DNA from: Candidatus Sungiibacteriota bacterium
Lineage (GTDB): Bacteria; Patescibacteriota; Minisyncoccia; Sungbacterales; JACQCQ01
Direction of reading: 5' to 3'
Assembly: GCA_016201505.1 (NCBI GenBank)
Contig: JACQCQ010000008.1
Location: 1-42,835, forward strand
Length of the DNA stretch: 42,835 nucleotides
The notes under the pieces were generated by a model, which made no database searches, was not told the DNA's origin, and saw nothing but the letters and a program-made list of their open reading frames with translations. Numbering within the stretch: the stretch's first letter is position 1; every line of letters begins with the position of its first letter. Positions 38,527-42,835 of this stretch are shown here, in pieces. The position numbers and the translations under genes are program-made.

Positions 38527-38925
38527 TTACCAAATTTCTGCTATAATTTCTCCGCCTAATTTTTTCTTTTTGGCTTCATCATTTGAGAGAACCCCGGCGG
38601 AAGTTGAAATCACCGCGATGCCATGGCCGTACTTTACCGGCCTAATTTCAGAGGCTTTGACATAGAGGCGGCGCGAGGGTTTTGAGATTCTGCGTCCTCC
38701 AGCGAATGCCGGAGTCCCATCTTTATACTTCAGTGATATCTCCATGAACTTTCGCGCTTTCTTTCCCTTCTTTTCAATGCCGGCAATATAGCCTTTCCGC
38801 TCTAAGACCTTGGCAATGGATTCTTTTACATTGGAATGCGGAACAACCACCGCCTCTTTCTTGGCCCGGTAGCCATTCTGTATTCGTATGATCATATCCC
38901 CGATGGGATCAGTTATGACTGACAT
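38527..38925 (-). CDS. rpsH: 30S ribosomal protein S8
   Basis: DPIGDMIIRI.N, ISKPSRR.Y, GGEII. Confidence 0.97.
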   Translation of the reverse strand: MSVITDPIGDMIIRIQNGYRAKKEAVVVPHSNVKESIAKVLERKGYIAGIEKKGKKARKFMEISLKYKDGTPAFAGGRRISKPSRRLYVKASEIRPVKYGHGIAVISTSAGVLSNDEAKKKKLGGEIIAEIW

Positions 38926-39157
38926 ATGCCAGTGCTCTCTAAATTTTAGAGTGATTTAACGAATAAAATTTAGTTGAGTCACTGAGCACCCCGCCCCAAT
39001 CTAAACGACGTCCAGCCGAACTGTCGGGGCTGTAAGCCGCCAGGCGGCTTCGCTGTAGATTGTCTGTGGTTTGGTAATTCATGGTTGAGATTGGGGCGGG
39101 GGAAGGTTTTGGCATAAATTTTGTTCGCTGTCGTGCTCCATAATTTAGACCAAGCCC
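38926..39157 (-). repeat. CCCGCCCCAA hairpin element at the rpsN/rpsH junction
   Basis: Homologous to 38357-38526. Confidence 0.85.
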
Positions 39158-39343
39158 TTACCAGGAAGATTTTTTAACTCCGGGAATTTCGCCGCGATTT
39201 GCGAGTTCCCGAAAACAAATCCGGCATAAATCAAAATCGCGCATATAGCCGTGCTTCCGTCCGCAGCGGAAACAGCGCCTGACTTTGCGGGATGAAAATT
39301 TCGGCTTCTTTTTGGACCTGGCGATAACTGAAGTTTTTGCCAT
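39158..39343 (-). CDS. rpsN: 30S ribosomal protein S14 (Zn-binding type Z)
   Basis: [24 protein letters not shown]. Confidence 0.96.
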   Translation of the reverse strand: MAKTSVIARSKKKPKFSSRKVRRCFRCGRKHGYMRDFDLCRICFRELANRGEIPGVKKSSW

Positions 39344-39352
39344 CTTTTTGCT

Positions 39353-39413
39353 TATCGACTACTGACCACGGACTACCGCACAACTGTATGCCGTAGTCTG
39401 TAGTCAGTAGATA
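39353..39413. repeat. Heptamer hairpin at the rplE/rpsN junction
   Basis: CTACTGACCACGGACTAC ... GTAGTCTGTAGTCAGTAG. Confidence 0.75.
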
Positions 39414-39416
39414 CAG

Positions 39417-39953
39417 TTATGTCTGAATGGGAAAGCCTAAACTGCGAAGGAGCGACATGCCTTCTTCTTTTGTTCTGGCAGTTGTGACAATTGTAACTTC
39501 CAAGCCAAAAATAAATCGGACGTCTTCACCGATCATTTCCGGAAAAACAATATGCTCTTTGACGCCAATCGTCAAGTTGCCGCGGCCGTCAAAGGCCGTT
39601 GCCGGAATACCCTTAAAATCGCGTGTTCGGGGAAGAGCAATACCCACCAGTCTATCCAAAAATTCATACATGCGTGCCCCGCGTAGCGTCACCGAGTAGC
39701 CGATGATCTGCCCCAGGCGCGTCTTAAATGAGGCGATGGCCTTTTTAGCCCGGCGCGGTACCGCGTGCTGCCCCGTAATGGCGGACAAGGATTTTTGTAC
39801 AATCTCACGCTGCTTTTCATCGACGATACGGCCCACGCCGGAGTTTACAACTACTTTTATAATTTTCGGCACCGCCAAAATATTCGAGTATTCGAACTCT
39901 TTTTTTAGTGCCGGTATGGCTTCCTTTTGGTATCGTTCTTTTATAACTGACAT
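39417..39953 (-). CDS. rplE: 50S ribosomal protein L5
   Basis: VTLRG.RMYEFLDRL, RDFKG, FDGRGN. Confidence 0.97.
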   Translation of the reverse strand: MSVIKERYQKEAIPALKKEFEYSNILAVPKIIKVVVNSGVGRIVDEKQREIVQKSLSAITGQHAVPRRAKKAIASFKTRLGQIIGYSVTLRGARMYEFLDRLVGIALPRTRDFKGIPATAFDGRGNLTIGVKEHIVFPEMIGEDVRFIFGLEVTIVTTARTKEEGMSLLRSLGFPIQT

Positions 39954-40336
39954 GTCAGTGTGCTTAAAATTATTGAGTGAGTGAAGCGAACGAAAAGAAT
40001 TTCGCTACAAAAGTGAGCACCCCGCCCAAGTTTTTCAGCGGCCGTATGCTCACATTGAAACAGCACATCATCATGGCTGAAAAATTTGGGCGGGTAAAGG
40101 TTTGGTGTGCCGCATGAGGCGCAAACGACCATAGCGGCCGAGGCGGAAAATGAGGCAGGAATCTCAACAACCTCACCGCGTTTTCCTTCCTGCCGCGGGC
40201 GGATATGCTTTTTCTTTATATTGATGCCTTCGGCCAGCAGTCTCGCCTCCTTCGGCCAGACATGCAAAACCTTCGCGGTTTTGCCGCGATCTTTGCCGGC
40301 CATGATCTGAATCGTGTCGCCCTTTTTGATTTTCAT
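39941..40336 (-). CDS. rplX: 50S ribosomal protein L24, C-terminus replaced by repeat sequence from about 40103
   Basis: MKIKKGD..AGKDRGK; after CASCG the frame reads into the repeat (NLYPPKFF). Confidence 0.85.
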   Translation of the reverse strand: MKIKKGDTIQIMAGKDRGKTAKVLHVWPKEARLLAEGINIKKKHIRPRQEGKRGEVVEIPASFSASAAMVVCASCGTPNLYPPKFFSHDDVLFQCEHTAAEKLGRGAHFCSEILFVRFTHSIILSTLTCQL

Positions 40337-40473
40337 GCCAATTTTGTCGAAATTATTGAGTGAGTGAAGCGAACGAAAAGAATTTCGCTACAAAAGTGAG
40401 CACCCCGCCCAAGTTTTTCAGCGGCCGTATGCTCACATTGAAACAGCACATCATCATGGCTGAAAAATTTGGG
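40337..40473 (-). repeat. CCCGCCCAA element (partial), identical to 42699-42835
   Basis: 137-nt identity by eye. Confidence 0.9.
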
Positions 40474-40690
40474 CTTTGCGGCGATAGGAATTTCTCTGCC
40501 GGACAATCACCGCGCGGACCACATCTTTTTTCTTTACCTGCTTTCTGGGTTCTGCAATTTTAACCGAAGCCACGATAATATCCCCCAGCTGGGCGTATCG
40601 CCGTCTCGTTCCGCCCAGCACTTTAATGACCTGGAGCAGTTTGGCTCCAGAATTATCGGCGACTTGTAACATGGATCGCGGCTGAATCAT
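40454..40690 (-). pseudogene. rplN: 50S ribosomal protein L14, truncated at a repeat (likely assembly artefact)
   Basis: [19 protein letters not shown]; lacks the C-terminal ~50 aa (IRFD..RIFGPV). Confidence 0.85.
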
Positions 40691-40831
40691 ACCTAGTGTT
40701 ATAACTTCGGAAGGCCACTTGAGGCGACCAGCTGAAACCGATAGTTATCCTTTCGACTTTTTATCTTTATTCTGTACGTATTCTTTTCCATGATTGATAT
40801 TCTGCATCCGAAGTTATAACGACCGGGCATA
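40688..40831 (-). repeat. 144-bp TATG-flanked inverted-repeat element at the rpsQ/rplN junction
   Basis: GTTATAACTTCGGA / TCCGAAGTTATAAC; homologous to 41300-41443. Confidence 0.9.
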
Positions 40832-40834
40832 TAA

Positions 40835-41110
40835 TTATTCTTCTTCAGTAACGGCTGTATTTCCTTTTGATTCAAGGACTTCTACGACTTTCCAGCGTTT
40901 ATCTTTGGACAGGGGCCTGGTTTCCTGAATCTTGACCACATCGCCAACTTTAAGCGAGTTATCTTCATCATGCACCTTAAATTTGGTCGAACGCTTTTCG
41001 TATTTTAAATACTTAGGATTTTTTTTGAGGCGCGAAACCAAAACCACCGCAGTTTTCTGCATTTTGTTTGAAGCCACCGTGCCTTCTAATGTTCGGGGAT
41101 GCTTTTCCAT
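40835..41110 (-). CDS. rpsQ: 30S ribosomal protein S17
   Basis: [20 protein letters not shown]. Confidence 0.96.
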   Translation of the reverse strand: MEKHPRTLEGTVASNKMQKTAVVLVSRLKKNPKYLKYEKRSTKFKVHDEDNSLKVGDVVKIQETRPLSKDKRWKVVEVLESKGNTAVTEEE

Positions 41111-41119
41111 ATTACTGTA

Positions 41120-41302
41120 TTACTGTTCTCGAATAACGGTCAGAATTCTCGCGATATCTTTTTTGACTCCGGCAAGCGACTTTACGTTCTTTACTTTTTT
41201 TCGTTCAGTATCAAATCGCAGGGTCTCGACTTTGGCGCGAAGATCAAGCAGCTTGTTGGTTAACTCATCTTTTGTTTTTTTCCGCAGTTCAATGGCTTTC
41301 AT
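41120..41302 (-). CDS. rpmC: 50S ribosomal protein L29
   Basis: ELRKK..EL, KKDIARILT; operon position. Confidence 0.93.
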   Translation of the reverse strand: MKAIELRKKTKDELTNKLLDLRAKVETLRFDTERKKVKNVKSLAGVKKDIARILTVIREQ

Positions 41303-41443
41303 ACCCGGTGTTACAATTTCGGAAGGTCGCTCGGTGCGACCACCTGAAACCGATGGTTATCCTTTCGACTTTTTATCTTTATTCTGTGCGTATTCTTTTC
41401 CATGATTGATATTCTGCATCCGAAGTTATAACGACCGGGCATA
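41300..41443 (-). repeat. 144-bp TATG-flanked inverted-repeat element at the rplP/rpmC junction
   Basis: TATGCCCGGTCGTTATAACTTCGGA ... TCCGAAATTGTAACACCGGGTATG. Confidence 0.9.
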
Positions 41444-41839
41444 GACAAATCTCGTCTTCATGGGTAATTTGTGAGCCGCGCGCTCGAGCGCTTGCTCGGC
41501 CACTTCTTTCGTAACTCCATCCATCTCAAACAAAATCCTGCCGGGTTTTACCGGATAAACATAAAACTCGACACCGCCTTTGCCGCCGCCCATGGTTACC
41601 TCCGGTGGGCGTCTCGTGATCGGCTTATCGGGAAATACACGAATCCAGACTTTACCGCCGCGCTGAATATAGTGCGTGATGGCGCGACGTGCGGCTTCAA
41701 TTTGGCGCGCCGTAATCCAGCGTCGCTCAAGAGCTTTTAATCCGTAACTGCCATAGGCGAGTGCCGTCCCTCGAGTCTCAACGCCGGGAGAACGCATTTT
41801 TTGCCACTTTCTGTGTTTTACTTTTTTAGGCTGCAACAT
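41426..41839 (-). CDS. rplP: 50S ribosomal protein L16
   Basis: [30 protein letters not shown]. Confidence 0.97.
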   Translation of the reverse strand: MLQPKKVKHRKWQKMRSPGVETRGTALAYGSYGLKALERRWITARQIEAARRAITHYIQRGGKVWIRVFPDKPITRRPPEVTMGGGKGGVEFYVYPVKPGRILFEMDGVTKEVAEQALERAAHKLPMKTRFVYARSL

Positions 41840-41841
41840 AA

Positions 41842-42027
41842 TTATTCGCCATTCGTCGTTTGAAAATCGTTCACTCGCCCCGGCGCGGCTCGCTCACTCA
41901 CGTCCGCGCTCGCTCTTTTGCCTCGCAAAATCCAAGCCCGCGAGCACTCCCAAGTGTTTTCAAACAAGAATGTCTCACCGGAGGCTTTCTGAATGTAGCC
42001 CTTCGGGCTTTGATTCACATTAATCAT
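41842..42027 (-). other. Hairpin insert and 61-codon bridging ORF at the rpsC/rplP junction
   Basis: GTTTGAAAA...TTTTCAAAC stem with GCTCGCTC repeats; the ORF overlaps the rpsC stop and ends 2 nt before rplP. Confidence 0.6.
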
Positions 42028-42698
42028 ACATTTTTCTTTTCTTCAAAAATCTGGCCCTTATAAATCCAGACTTTGATGCCAATGACGCCGTAGGTGGTAT
42101 ACGCCTCTTTTTGAGCATAATCAATATGAGCACGCAGCGTCTGCAAGGGGATACGCCCCTTTTTAATCCATTCATAGCGAGCCATTTCCGAACCATCAAG
42201 CCGCCCCGAGATGGCAATTTTTACGCCTTCCACACCTTTGGACTGGATTACTTTTTCGGAGGTTTGTTTTAGAACGCGACGAAAAGGCAGACGTTTTTCA
42301 AGATCATCGGCGATCATCTGACCGACAATTGCCGCATGCGCTTCAGGCGTTTTTACCTCCTCGACGGTAAGTTTTAAGTCGCGCTTGTCAGCGGCCGCAT
42401 TTTTATTTATGCCGCTAATTTTTTTAGCAATTTCTTGTTTTAATTTTTCAGCCCACTCTCCCCCGCGGCCGATCAAAATTCCGGGACGTGAAGTCCGGAT
42501 GATGATATTCATGGTCGTGGGCGACCGTTCAATTTCGATGGCATCGATGTGTGCCGCTCTTAATTTTTTCCGCAGCCACTCGCGAACAACCGTGTCTTCG
42601 CGTAAATAATCTTTATATTTTTTTTCATTAAACCAGCGCGACTTCCAGGTCGTGTTAATGCCTAATCTGAAAATGTAGGGGTGGACTCGGTGGGTCAT
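42024..42698 (-). CDS. rpsC: 30S ribosomal protein S3
   Basis: VHPYIFRLG..W.SRWF, RPGILIGRGG, GRIPLQTLR, GIKVWI. Confidence 0.97.
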   Translation of the reverse strand: MTHRVHPYIFRLGINTTWKSRWFNEKKYKDYLREDTVVREWLRKKLRAAHIDAIEIERSPTTMNIIIRTSRPGILIGRGGEWAEKLKQEIAKKISGINKNAAADKRDLKLTVEEVKTPEAHAAIVGQMIADDLEKRLPFRRVLKQTSEKVIQSKGVEGVKIAISGRLDGSEMARYEWIKKGRIPLQTLRAHIDYAQKEAYTTYGVIGIKVWIYKGQIFEEKKNV

Positions 42699-42835
42699 GC
42701 CAATTTTGTCGAAATTATTGAGTGAGTGAAGCGAACGAAAAGAATTTCGCTACAAAAGTGAGCACCCCGCCCAAGTTTTTCAGCGGCCGTATGCTCACAT
42801 TGAAACAGCACATCATCATGGCTGAAAAATTTGGG
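42699..42835 (-). repeat. CCCGCCCAA element upstream of rpsC (runs off the window)
   Basis: Ends ...CGACAAAATTGGC directly before the rpsC ATG. Confidence 0.9.

Noticed and set aside
36892-42835. CRISPR array interpretation of the repeats
   Set aside because: Repeats are dispersed one per gene junction, long and hairpin-like, with no regular repeat-spacer period and no cas genes.

Overview
Chromosomal segment of a probable Patescibacteria/CPR (Parcubacteria-like) bacterium. This assignment is inferred from the missing rpmD in the spc operon, short ThrS, Zn-type S14 and few Shine-Dalgarno motifs. The left end (1-943) is the edge of a GC-rich island: an IS3-family element interrupts a large serine recombinase that reads into tRNA-Ile(GAT). 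The rest is mostly housekeeping: rnhB, intein-containing dnaE, thrS, miaA, lepA, murJ, RNase P RNA, rnhA, pgk, ndh, tpiA, galT, yqgF, map, adk, secY and rpsC-rplO. The striking feature is a dense set of 65-390 bp hairpin or inverted-repeat inserts of at least four sequence families. They sit at stop/start junctions of operons, in-frame inside lepA and map, and in two helices of RNase P RNA. Several duplicate the host start codon (TATG), and most junction inserts are spanned by mini-ORFs that stop on or just before the next start codon. One related insert carries a GIY-YIG nuclease gene between its inverted repeats. Together this suggests a start-codon-targeting, translation-preserving mini mobile element system (inference). 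The rplN and rplX truncations at these repeats are probably assembly artefacts.
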